A stretch of DNA of 55,828 nt from a virus (Duplodnaviria > Caudoviricetes). The position numbers were made by a program, and so were the translations under genes. The stretch is taken from IMG/VR virus record IMGVR_UViG_3300025168_011824, positions 1 to 55,828 of that record. One strand, written 5' to 3'. Positions 17,820-27,606 of the stretch are shown piece after piece. Numbering within the stretch: position 1 is the stretch's first letter; the number at the start of each line of letters is the position of its first letter. The notes under the pieces are model-generated. The model searched no databases. It worked only from the letters and a program-made list of their open reading frames with translations, and was not told the DNA's origin.

Positions 17820-17848
17820 AATTTACACAACAAATGGGTAGGAGTCAA
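17820..17848 (-). promoter_or_regulatory. sigma70-type promoter TTGACT-N17-TAAATT
   Basis: Lies in the gap upstream of primase with a 17-nt spacer. The -10 ends 6 nt before the ATG, implying a near-leaderless mRNA. Confidence 0.55.
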
Positions 17849-17850
17849 AT

Positions 17851-18444
17851 CTACCAGATGTCTTCTTTACACATATATCCTTTTACACACGTGTAAGCAT
17901 CTGCCATATCAAAACATTCTTTTTTTAAGGTATTGTTACGAGTATAAAACCATTCAATTTTTGGTTCTAATTGTCTTACCTCTTCCCATATAATTTTTTT
18001 CTTATCACATCCTTTTGGGAATTTACCAAATAGTACTCTTTTTCCTTTTCCATTCTCTCTTACTAATTGTGGAAAGGCGTACTTTCTAGCATTGTAGGTA
18101 GATATAAATTTAGGTATAATACCTAATACATCATACACTATTTTTACAATCATTGCATTATACCTTAATAAAGTACCTACAGTGTAGATATTATTGGAGG
18201 TTAACAAAGGTTCTTCTATTATTACCTCTACAATCCCTAAGTCTTTTACCTCTTGTAATTTTTTTTCAAAAGCTTCGGCTTTTTTTAGATGTTCTTCTAT
18301 TTTATATTCCGGTTTTGGTTTTACTACCGGAGAAAAATGTGTAAGTTCCAATAATTGTTTGTCGGCCATATTAAATAATGCCCACCCAATTGTTTTTGTC
18401 GATACATCTAATCCTAATACTTTAGGTAAATTTTTAAACTCCAT
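17851..18444 (-). CDS. RuvC-like Holliday junction resolvase
   Basis: VLGLDVSTKTIGWA, IIEEP and DMADA acidic tetrad pattern. Confidence 0.85.
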   Translation of the reverse strand: MEFKNLPKVLGLDVSTKTIGWALFNMADKQLLELTHFSPVVKPKPEYKIEEHLKKAEAFEKKLQEVKDLGIVEVIIEEPLLTSNNIYTVGTLLRYNAMIVKIVYDVLGIIPKFISTYNARKYAFPQLVRENGKGKRVLFGKFPKGCDKKKIIWEEVRQLEPKIEWFYTRNNTLKKECFDMADAYTCVKGYMCKEDIW

Positions 18445-18445
18445 A

Positions 18446-19618
18446 TTAAAATCTAAATTTTAAATTAAAGTATGCTGGGTCAGATGCGTTTTTTTGTACT
18501 GGCCTATCTGGTTTAGCTATAGCTAACATTGTTCCATCGGAATCATACAAAGCAACTTCTGTAATGTATGTAGGTTTTTGTACACTATCTAAATCATAGA
18601 ATGTTCCCGCTCCTAACTCATTAGTGTTTGGTAACATAACTGGACCAGTCAATACTGTTGGGTTTAGGTCTGCAGCTGTAGTATTTTGAGTAAGATAGAA
18701 TTCGTTTGATTCTGCTTTACATAAAACATTTAAAACCCATTGTTTTTCAAAACTAAAAAATTCAGCTGAATTAGTGGTGTCGGTAAAGTATACTTGTGTA
18801 AACGCAGAACTACTTCCTGTATATGCACCACCAGTAGCTAACTGTGTAGTTGCAGAATAATTAAATCCGTTTACTAGGGTTGGGTGGGTAAGGACACAAA
18901 ATCCTTTATCTAAATAACATATTCCAATTGGTTCGTCTACACCATCACCCCCATCTGTTGCTTGTGCAGTTACTTTATTCGTAGAAAAGTCATGAGCATT
19001 TACAACTCCGTCTTGATACCCTTTAGGTATTTGTGATAGAGTGTAGGATGTTGACCACGACCCCCCATTTACTGGAGGTTTAATTGCGTCACTAAATAAG
19101 AATGCTACATTAGTACTTAGGTCTCCAACTCCAGGATTAGGTACTGGTGGAACATAATTAAAAGCTGATGTATGTCCAAAAACTTCCGCTTCTATACTAG
19201 GGTCACTAGATGCGTTGTAACCTGCATAGTATGAACTATAACAAGTAATGTAAGTCTTAGAACTACCACTCCATATTTGTGTTTTAAGTCTTATTGTTCT
19301 ACCGTCTATTAACTCACCATATGTATTTTTTGGAAATTCAACCACAACAGCGGTATTGGCTGTGTCGATATCTTTAAGTGCATTACTACCCCAATCAATA
19401 TCCCAACCTGTTACCTCAAAATTTGCTGCTGGTAAACCGAATGCTGGATATAAATTAGAAAAAGGTCTTCCATTACTTGGGTCTCTTTGGATTTTGGTAA
19501 ATCTTAGTGTTGAACCTTGTAATTGATTATAACCATTAAACGCTGGGTTTAACGTTCCAAATGGTGTTATCTCTGAGGTTACTGTTTTGTCTCCTGGTGC
19601 TATATTTTTAAATTCCAT
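18446..19618 (-). CDS. tail/baseplate structural protein with tail-collar-like C-terminus
   Basis: C-terminal YITEVALYDSDGTMLAIAKPDRPVQK. Confidence 0.7.
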   Translation of the reverse strand: MEFKNIAPGDKTVTSEITPFGTLNPAFNGYNQLQGSTLRFTKIQRDPSNGRPFSNLYPAFGLPAANFEVTGWDIDWGSNALKDIDTANTAVVVEFPKNTYGELIDGRTIRLKTQIWSGSSKTYITCYSSYYAGYNASSDPSIEAEVFGHTSAFNYVPPVPNPGVGDLSTNVAFLFSDAIKPPVNGGSWSTSYTLSQIPKGYQDGVVNAHDFSTNKVTAQATDGGDGVDEPIGICYLDKGFCVLTHPTLVNGFNYSATTQLATGGAYTGSSSAFTQVYFTDTTNSAEFFSFEKQWVLNVLCKAESNEFYLTQNTTAADLNPTVLTGPVMLPNTNELGAGTFYDLDSVQKPTYITEVALYDSDGTMLAIAKPDRPVQKNASDPAYFNLKFRF

Positions 19619-19629
19619 TTATTTATACT

Positions 19630-20067
19630 TTAATATCCGTTATTGCCATTATTACCACCATTTCTTGTCATGTCAAGTCTTACGGCAGATTTAGTTTGTG
19701 TTACACCTAAAGTATTGTCTGTTTGCCAAGGTAAAGTGGTTTTACCGGGGAAAAAGAATCTTTGGTAATATAAACTAGATGTATTTTTATTTGATTTATT
19801 TAAATAGGTATTTATCACACTTGATGCTGTGGCAAACATTTTACCACCACTACTGTAATCTCCTTGTTTGTTACTTACTGAAAGAAGTTTAGCTGGTGTG
19901 TAACTTTTACTTATTTTTTCACCATAAGTTACTTTACCTACTAAGGGTTCCGCATTGTTACCGTTATCTAGGTAATTGATTCCTCCTTTTGGGTAGTCCA
20001 TTTTATTATTTTTTCCAAAATTGTTGTTAAATTGGCCTACTAAATTTTGTGTTATATCTCCTATCAT
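19630..20067 (-). CDS. hypothetical protein in tail module (145 aa)
   Basis: ATGA-coupled to the upstream gene. Confidence 0.6.
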   Translation of the reverse strand: MIGDITQNLVGQFNNNFGKNNKMDYPKGGINYLDNGNNAEPLVGKVTYGEKISKSYTPAKLLSVSNKQGDYSSGGKMFATASSVINTYLNKSNKNTSSLYYQRFFFPGKTTLPWQTDNTLGVTQTKSAVRLDMTRNGGNNGNNGY

Positions 20068-21758
20068 GTGTTCAATATTATTTTTCTATAAATACTTTCC
20101 CCACTAGTTGTAACTGCATGTGTAGGGTTAGAAGTGTAATGTCCTCCCATGGACTTATATCCTTCTCCATATATCTGAACAGCTGGAGAATTAAATACTA
20201 ACCACCTACCTCCACTAGTAGGTGTGGCTGTTTGCCAAGTGAATGTCGGTTGTAAAGCTGGAATACTCAATATAAATGATAAGGTAACCTTACATGATTT
20301 ATATTTCTTAGATTCGTCTTGTGGGGTTACACGTAAACCGATATTAAATGAATATACTGCGTTTTTACCAGTTCCACTTGTAGTTACCCAGTTAGAAACT
20401 TCTGGGTCTTTACTTAAAGCATAAAAGAAATCTTCGGTTTGTTGTACAATTCTTGCCAATCCGATGTTTGGTTCTTGTGTAATATTTCTTCTATTCATTC
20501 TTAAAGTCTGTGGTAAATTACCACTAGTCTGTTCTGTCAATTCTAACTCTGGTGTTCCCGCAAAAAAGTTTAATGCTGTTTCTGTAGATGTGGTAGAATT
20601 TCTAATACCGGTACTACCTAGATAATCACTATTTTCCTTACCTCTAAATCTTTTATCTCCTGGTTCATTATTAATTTGATTGGTTTGTAATGGGTAGTAG
20701 TAGTTTGTAGTGGTATTATTGTTATCTATAATTCTTGCTGAAGGAGTTAAAGTTTCTAATCCTGTTGCATTTAATATAGTACTATAACTACTGTTTTCAA
20801 TAATTTGAGGATGGTAGTACCCTCCTGCGTCTTGTTTTATACCATATTCTGGATATACTTGAGTTTTCTTATTAATAATATTACCCACAACATAACCATA
20901 ATCTGCTAATGCATTACAAATAGATAATGGTCCTGAACCATTGAAGACTCCTTGGTCATTACTAATTCCTTCAGTAGCTACTGTAAATGGAGAAATATAT
21001 GCTCTGGTTTTCCTAGTACCAATTTTTGCTGTTTTAGCAAGATTATTAGTTACAGTATCGTTGTTTTGATTGACTAAGGCCGCACTAGTTAATTTTCTTA
21101 ATAATAGTCCGTCTTTTGGTGATTCTGGTTCAACCTTAACACTACAATTTTTTATATTTCCACCTTCCGATACATAGAAACCGTCGACTAAGTTTGCAAA
21201 CCATCCTCTCCCTAAACCATACTCCATATCTTCAAATAATTGAGTGTATCTGGAACTATAGTTTCTTCCTTGAGCATCTTGTATTGTACCGAAATAATTG
21301 GTGAAGGTAGTCGCTGTCATACCATTCCATTGGTGGTATGGTATTTGTGTCATCGCTAATGCCTTTAATGATGTAAACATATCCGCAACATAGAATTTAA
21401 CAGTAGCATCTGTAGAGTAATCCATTTTAGCACTTGCTGCTGTACTACGGAACCCAGCAACTAAAGACCCTACTGGGGTTAAAGATGGTAGAGCGGTTGC
21501 CTGACCTAGAGTATACTCTAATTTTCTTTTTATATCATACCCTCCATTAACACCAAATATACAATTTAAGTGTTCTCCCGTCACATCCGGAACTTCTCCG
21601 GAAGATAATTGTAAGGCATTACGGTAATCTACATCAGTATCTCCCAATGCAAACTTTACCATATTATCAGCTAAACTTCCTTGTAGGAGGAGTTTCCTCC
21701 CAGCGCTTGTCATATGCAAATCTAAATATAGTGTTGTTGATTTAGTTATGTATCCCAT
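20064..21758 (-). CDS. tail/baseplate structural protein (564 aa)
   Basis: N-terminal MTSAGRKLL...KFALGDTDVDY, shared with two neighbours. Confidence 0.7.
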   Translation of the reverse strand: MGYITKSTTLYLDLHMTSAGRKLLLQGSLADNMVKFALGDTDVDYRNALQLSSGEVPDVTGEHLNCIFGVNGGYDIKRKLEYTLGQATALPSLTPVGSLVAGFRSTAASAKMDYSTDATVKFYVADMFTSLKALAMTQIPYHQWNGMTATTFTNYFGTIQDAQGRNYSSRYTQLFEDMEYGLGRGWFANLVDGFYVSEGGNIKNCSVKVEPESPKDGLLLRKLTSAALVNQNNDTVTNNLAKTAKIGTRKTRAYISPFTVATEGISNDQGVFNGSGPLSICNALADYGYVVGNIINKKTQVYPEYGIKQDAGGYYHPQIIENSSYSTILNATGLETLTPSARIIDNNNTTTNYYYPLQTNQINNEPGDKRFRGKENSDYLGSTGIRNSTTSTETALNFFAGTPELELTEQTSGNLPQTLRMNRRNITQEPNIGLARIVQQTEDFFYALSKDPEVSNWVTTSGTGKNAVYSFNIGLRVTPQDESKKYKSCKVTLSFILSIPALQPTFTWQTATPTSGGRWLVFNSPAVQIYGEGYKSMGGHYTSNPTHAVTTSGESIYRKIILNT

Positions 21759-21815
21759 TTGTAATTATCTTTTATTCTATAATTATCTTAATAATCATTT
21801 ATTATTAGTAAACTG

Positions 21816-24800
21816 TTAAGTGCTTAACCAATTTATTCTCCATCCGTTAAACTTATTACCAATTATCCTTATTCTTTTTGTTTTTATTTGTACTTTTCCA
21901 TCAATTTCTACAGCTAAGGTCACACAATATTCATCTTGTTCATACTTCCAATAATGGCCTTCTTTTTTATTTCTAATACCATTTAAATATGTAAATGGTT
22001 CTAAATCCCCAGGTAATGATTTTTTAATGATTTCAGAAACATCAATTTTTTTACAGACTTTTAATTGTGGGTCATACCCTGGCATTTTACTATCTTTTAA
22101 ACCTGGTTCTATTATCCATTTAAACTTAACCTGTCCTTTTACAACTTTAGTATTTCCTATATATGTTTCACTATTGAATACAATATCATAATCAATATAT
22201 ACCTCATCATTGTACTGGTAGGTATAAGGTTGTAAAATAGCATCCATATCCACTACTAATCCAGTTCTTGCGTTTCTATTAGTTGTGGTAGTCATATTTT
22301 GTTGTGTCTCACCCCAAATTCCTGAATCACCTGTTGAGTCTAATGTTTGTAAAGAATTCATTGGTGGTGGTGTAGCTCCTACATTTCTATAAGATTCTTC
22401 ATTATCTATTAATCCTTCCGACATTCCATTATTAGATGAAACTCTTGGGAGTGCTCCTCCCATAAGTGCTCCATAACTACTCATTCGTACTTGAGAACTT
22501 AGTAATGGTAAAGGTCCACAACCTACTTCTTCTACCGTAGGTGGTACCACTGGAGGTCCACAAGGTGGATTCGGACATGGATTGACCACTGTAGGGTCGG
22601 GTGGCCCTATCCTATTAATAAATACCGCTGGTAAACATTGACAATATGTACATTCATAACCAGCATAAGTCTGACTAGTTCCTGTAATAAAGTCGGTTAA
22701 GTCCGATTGGAACGATGTTCCCGAAAACATGTCTGGACCAGGGCATGAAACTGTATTACTTGCTTGTACACATCCAACCCCCGTATTAATACCCCAACCA
22801 TAATGTCTTAAACCAGCATGACTACACACATTCTCCCAAGTTGCACTTGCAAAAGATTGTACAGTTGTAGGACTACCTAATATATCTACAGTCGGTACCA
22901 TTTGACCGGTACCTGCACCATCAATACCACCCCAAGCTGGTGTTGATGTGGGACTGTAAGGGAATGCAGGTTTTTGATATGTTACTGGTATAAGGGTACT
23001 ATATGGATTTGCACCGGTTAAAGCTAATAGTGGATGGTTTGGGTAAGACTTATTACCACTTGGTGCAATCCCTGAACTATCCCCATAGATAGACAAGTTT
23101 ATTTCACCTAGTCCGGATAATGGAACTGTTCCTCCCATTATTGCACCATACGCATGTTGTAAAAAGTGACTATAATGTAAAGCATTTCGTTGTACTGCAG
23201 CGTATTGGAAACCTCTAAACGAATCATAAAAAGGTAATGTTCTCATAAATAAATCTTGTGAGTATTGCCAATCTGGTGTTGGTTGCCATATTGGACCTAA
23301 AGTAACAGCGTAACCATTTGTACCAGTCCCATACTGTTGTACACCATTTACATCCCAACCCATCGCTTGTCTTAAGTTAGCTTGACTAAATGAAGCTCCA
23401 CCAAACCCAGTACTTGAACCTGCGGCTTGGGTTCCAGAACCGTGGTATCCCATATCATGAAAACCAATATCTCCAGCTGTAGTTGTAGTTGCAGGATTAG
23501 TTCCCCAACTTGATATAATAGATGTATTCGGAGTACCTAAGTTGACTGTCCCACTACCATAATAAGTTTTATTACCTAAAGGCATAATACCACCCCAATT
23601 ATTACTATTACCAACAGCTGTTTCGTCGGTAGTAGAGATAACTAACACATTTCTATCACCACCCTTAAATGTTTCACATGGACATTTTAATTTAGTTTTC
23701 CTTATAGATGTAGTTCCTGTTATTGCTATATAAGTCAAGGGACTCGCTGTTAAAGCGTGGTGTGGGTCCGATATTCCAAACATATAACCTACATTATTGT
23801 AAGTGTTGTTAACCAACGTAGTACCAGTAGATTGTTCCACTATATTATCAAATGGATTACCACAAGAGTTACATCCAAATAAACTTCCGGTATCCCTATA
23901 ATCGTCTGAACAACAATTTTGTTCACATAGAACATCTAAATTATTTACTGTTGGATTCTGTGATACAACAGCACTATTTAATCCACTATATATTAGATTT
24001 TTATCAAACTTTGGAAGTGATTGTACGAATGGGTCGTCCCAAGTAGTACCGGCTAAATATGATTTAGAGTATAGTGTTGTAATTGGTGTCGCTGTAAACG
24101 GTACATTGGCTAGTGTTGTAGCACCTACACTATTACATATTGGTTCTTCTTCATTTGGTGCAACATTAAAATTATTCCAATCACCACCTAAATTAGTGTA
24201 ATAGGATATTGAGCCAACCTTTCTTTGTTCCCATACCATCGTACACCCAGTTACAAACCACTCCATTTTACTACCTCTCAAATGAGCGTTATTAGTGATG
24301 TCAGTTGTCGTACCTGGTGGGTACACTCCAAAACCTGCTAGGTAACCATTATTTACATTTACACCACACCATAATCCTGTCACACTAAATAACCTATCGC
24401 CGTTACCAACGTTTTGATTGTCTATTTGGAATGCAAATCCTGTAGATGAATTTGCCCCTTCATAAACTGAATTAGTAGCTATCATTCCTTGATTTCCACC
24501 CCCAGCCCATGTGGTGTAACCTTGACTATTAGGGTTAGTACTGGTTACATTATAAGAACATGTGTCTAATTCTCCATGCCATGGATAATACGCTGAATTT
24601 AACCATCTTTCACCAAATACGGGTATATGAAATACACTTCCAGTCCAACCTGTATTAATATTTGTTCTATAGTTGCTCGCCCAGTTGTCAATTCCATTTT
24701 TAGCCGCTTGACCTGTCGATAATTGGACACTGGTAACATCATAAAAAGCATAAATGTTAGTACAACTTAAAAAGGCAGAGGTTCCAGTTATAGGGTGACA

Positions 24801-25151
24801 ATTTATAATTGGTCTTCCTCGATGTCCTCTAACATCTGTCATATCAAACCATTCCGTAGTTGCAGTTAAAGGATTTACAAAGTGTTCTTGTAAGTTAGAT
24901 ACCATTTGTAACCCTAAGTCATTATTTAAAGTTTGTGTACTACCTGGTAGTGTAGTATTTTGTGGTTGGGGAGAAACTCCATTATCCCAATATTGAGAGG
25001 TCTTTCTATAATCCCAATCATCATCATAGAGTGTAAACCGTTGAATTAGGTCCTTTAATCCTAGACCATTTTGCTTAATCATTCGCTCCTTACCTTTATC
25101 GGTAAGAAACATCTCAAGTGATTTTATTTTATTAAATTCTAGAAATCCCAT
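21816..25151 (-). CDS. tail appendage protein (1111 aa) with vWA-like insert
   Basis: N-terminal LTDKGKE...FTLYDDDWDY; internal domain shared with the 3012-aa protein; G/T/N/C-rich. Confidence 0.7.
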   Translation of the reverse strand: MGFLEFNKIKSLEMFLTDKGKERMIKQNGLGLKDLIQRFTLYDDDWDYRKTSQYWDNGVSPQPQNTTLPGSTQTLNNDLGLQMVSNLQEHFVNPLTATTEWFDMTDVRGHRGRPIINCHPITGTSAFLSCTNIYAFYDVTSVQLSTGQAAKNGIDNWASNYRTNINTGWTGSVFHIPVFGERWLNSAYYPWHGELDTCSYNVTSTNPNSQGYTTWAGGGNQGMIATNSVYEGANSSTGFAFQIDNQNVGNGDRLFSVTGLWCGVNVNNGYLAGFGVYPPGTTTDITNNAHLRGSKMEWFVTGCTMVWEQRKVGSISYYTNLGGDWNNFNVAPNEEEPICNSVGATTLANVPFTATPITTLYSKSYLAGTTWDDPFVQSLPKFDKNLIYSGLNSAVVSQNPTVNNLDVLCEQNCCSDDYRDTGSLFGCNSCGNPFDNIVEQSTGTTLVNNTYNNVGYMFGISDPHHALTASPLTYIAITGTTSIRKTKLKCPCETFKGGDRNVLVISTTDETAVGNSNNWGGIMPLGNKTYYGSGTVNLGTPNTSIISSWGTNPATTTTAGDIGFHDMGYHGSGTQAAGSSTGFGGASFSQANLRQAMGWDVNGVQQYGTGTNGYAVTLGPIWQPTPDWQYSQDLFMRTLPFYDSFRGFQYAAVQRNALHYSHFLQHAYGAIMGGTVPLSGLGEINLSIYGDSSGIAPSGNKSYPNHPLLALTGANPYSTLIPVTYQKPAFPYSPTSTPAWGGIDGAGTGQMVPTVDILGSPTTVQSFASATWENVCSHAGLRHYGWGINTGVGCVQASNTVSCPGPDMFSGTSFQSDLTDFITGTSQTYAGYECTYCQCLPAVFINRIGPPDPTVVNPCPNPPCGPPVVPPTVEEVGCGPLPLLSSQVRMSSYGALMGGALPRVSSNNGMSEGLIDNEESYRNVGATPPPMNSLQTLDSTGDSGIWGETQQNMTTTTNRNARTGLVVDMDAILQPYTYQYNDEVYIDYDIVFNSETYIGNTKVVKGQVKFKWIIEPGLKDSKMPGYDPQLKVCKKIDVSEIIKKSLPGDLEPFTYLNGIRNKKEGHYWKYEQDEYCVTLAVEIDGKVQIKTKRIRIIGNKFNGWRINWLST

Positions 25152-25160
25152 TTACCAATA

Positions 25161-27563
25161 TTAATAATCTATTTTAATAACAAATGTTTGTGTTCCTTGT
25201 CTTTTTGTTGCTGTTCTTAATTTTGCTATGGCCATTAAATCTTTGGATGCATCATATAAACCAATTTCGGTGATTCTTACGGTGTTAGCTGAATTCCAAG
25301 TAGGATTTAAAGACGTATTAAACTGATTACTGGAGATGGTAACATTATATTTCATTTCATATATGGTTGCCATTATATCTGACTCTAAATTACCGAAAAA
25401 GAAATTTTCATCACCAAATTGTAACAAACTAGGTTCTTGATTATTATTTAAAGGAATATTAATATAGTCATGAAGATTATATGTGGTTGCTCCTGTTATA
25501 ATAACATTATTAATATAGAAACTACAATTACTATTAGTCATACCAGTTCCTAAAATTTCTTGTCCTACGGTATGTTGTGCTATTTGATTGGTTATATCTG
25601 CAACTTTCCAATTAGCTGGATTAGGGTAGTCACCATAATTTACTCTTTGGAAGATTACTTTAAACTTATCAGCGTTCCATCCTGTTCCAGAATATGCACA
25701 TCCAACACTTGTATTGTACCCTCTTAAATATGGCCATTCCGGTCCAAAGTTCATTACTATGTCTCTTGCTCCAGCTGAGGTATCACCAATAATTTTACTG
25801 TAATAGTTACAATGCATTCCTGTAGTATAACCTGAACTACTTTCCATTAAGTATGTAACATACATCTCTTCGGTATTAGGTGTGGAATTAAAGGCTCCAA
25901 CATTACTTGTTCCTCCAGCACAATTAGTACCTGCTGGTATTAACTCTAACTTAGGCATTGGAAGTGTCCAACTTCTATTAGATTTATAAGATAATGCAGT
26001 AATTAATTCTTGGTCATCTATTGTTATTATTTGTAAGTCTGGAAATACTTTACCGACCCTGTTTGGTGTCATGGTTTGATTTGCATCTACAGTAGCTAAA
26101 TTATCATCCCATAAATTATAATATCTAATACCTGGAGCGTTCATATCTGGATTTGGTAACGACTCAACATAGAATTCTTCTGCTACTTGGAATCCTGGTG
26201 GGTCAATATAGAATGTTTGACCTAGTGAACATTCGTCACCTAGACCTGTACCTGTTCCTTTTTTCTTATGCCACATAATATGTGGAATGTGGATTTTAAA
26301 GTTATCCATTTCCCCAATCCCATTTAATTGTGTACCGTCAGGTTCTAAAGCAAACTTTTCACCATAAAAATTAGAAATAGTGTAGTTTGTATAATGTAAA
26401 ACTGCTACTGTTCTTTGTTCAGAAGGCAACATAGTTCTAATTTGATTAAATGAATCTCGGATATAGGTTCCAGAATTTTCAGGTTCATATCCCGGTACAT
26501 TATTTGCACCATAATAATCTTGAGCATTTTGTGTGTCAAATTGTCCTTTGTCACTATTATAACCCAAATACTCTTTAGTACTGCAGTACCCAGAAGAACC
26601 ATAAAAATCTACATTTTCATAAACGTTCTTATCTGTACCCGCTACAGTACCAGAATTAATTAAGGTTCCGTCAAACTGAGTCCAGTTGATGTTCATGTTC
26701 CACACATTAACATCTTTAACGGACACATCACAATTATTATCAAATGATAAAGAACCGGGTGACCAATAAGGAATTGGTGTATCTGCTCCCCAATAATTAG
26801 TTACTGGACCACTTGTAAAGATTAAAACTCTTGCACATAATGTAGAAGCTGTAATTAAATTTCGTGGCCAATCCGGAAGAGCTCTATCTACCGTGATATT
26901 CATACTAGCTCCTGCTGTATTACCACTATTAATAACATTATAAAATAAATAAGGTGTAGCATTATTAGAAGGTAAATTTAAATAACCTGACACACATCCT
27001 GTTGAAGATGATTGGTACGGTGAGATATATTGTACCATAATTAAGTCACCCGCTACTGGCCAGTAATCTTGGGTACTACATTGGGTCGCTCCACTAGATA
27101 ACCACATCATTGTTCCTCCTGTCATAGAAGAAACTGGATAACACCAATTAGAAGATAACACATAACCCGCACTAGTAATTGCACTAAACCCGGCACTAGT
27201 GGTAGTACCACTAAAGAACCCTCTTGGTCTTGCGACATTGTAAACTGGTTGTTCAGAGTGAGCTGGTGATAACACACCATAAGTCGCTCCACTGTTACTA
27301 GCTAAAACAGGTACTGGATATTTAACGTTTTGTTTATTTCTTTCAGCTGTGATATTTGATAGGTTTTGAGCGTTCCACATTGGTTCTGTAATCCAGATAC
27401 CTGAGGACCCAGCAAGTACATCTGTATAACAATCGTAACAGAATTCACTGTCACCCAACTGAAATAATGAGAGGGATAAATTTCCTTGTGATAATTTTTT
27501 TCTTCCAGCGTCAGTTAATCTCACTGTAACTAAACCGGAATTATTTTTTAATATGTATGGCAT
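25161..27563 (-). CDS. tail/baseplate structural protein (800 aa)
   Basis: N-terminal LTDAGRKKL...FQLGDSE and C-terminal ITEIGLYD...LMAIAK. Confidence 0.75.
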   Translation of the reverse strand: MPYILKNNSGLVTVRLTDAGRKKLSQGNLSLSLFQLGDSEFCYDCYTDVLAGSSGIWITEPMWNAQNLSNITAERNKQNVKYPVPVLASNSGATYGVLSPAHSEQPVYNVARPRGFFSGTTTSAGFSAITSAGYVLSSNWCYPVSSMTGGTMMWLSSGATQCSTQDYWPVAGDLIMVQYISPYQSSSTGCVSGYLNLPSNNATPYLFYNVINSGNTAGASMNITVDRALPDWPRNLITASTLCARVLIFTSGPVTNYWGADTPIPYWSPGSLSFDNNCDVSVKDVNVWNMNINWTQFDGTLINSGTVAGTDKNVYENVDFYGSSGYCSTKEYLGYNSDKGQFDTQNAQDYYGANNVPGYEPENSGTYIRDSFNQIRTMLPSEQRTVAVLHYTNYTISNFYGEKFALEPDGTQLNGIGEMDNFKIHIPHIMWHKKKGTGTGLGDECSLGQTFYIDPPGFQVAEEFYVESLPNPDMNAPGIRYYNLWDDNLATVDANQTMTPNRVGKVFPDLQIITIDDQELITALSYKSNRSWTLPMPKLELIPAGTNCAGGTSNVGAFNSTPNTEEMYVTYLMESSSGYTTGMHCNYYSKIIGDTSAGARDIVMNFGPEWPYLRGYNTSVGCAYSGTGWNADKFKVIFQRVNYGDYPNPANWKVADITNQIAQHTVGQEILGTGMTNSNCSFYINNVIITGATTYNLHDYINIPLNNNQEPSLLQFGDENFFFGNLESDIMATIYEMKYNVTISSNQFNTSLNPTWNSANTVRITEIGLYDASKDLMAIAKLRTATKRQGTQTFVIKIDY

Positions 27564-27584
27564 GGTTAATTATTTTATGTTATT

Positions 27585-27593
27585 TATAAATAT
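27585..27593 (-). promoter_or_regulatory. putative late promoter ATATTTATA
   Basis: 21 nt upstream of ATG 27563, within the palindrome TATTTATAAATA (27581-27592). Confidence 0.6.
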
Positions 27594-27606
27594 TATACCT
27601 ACTGAT

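Noticed and set aside
17851-18444. TnpB/Cas12-type RuvC effector
   Set aside because: Only 197 aa with no zinc finger, REC region or adjacent ncRNA space; fits a stand-alone resolvase.
19621-19628. T4-type TATAAATA on the sense strand before ATG 19618
   Set aside because: Only 2 nt from the start codon and a single case; more likely an A-rich translation initiation region.
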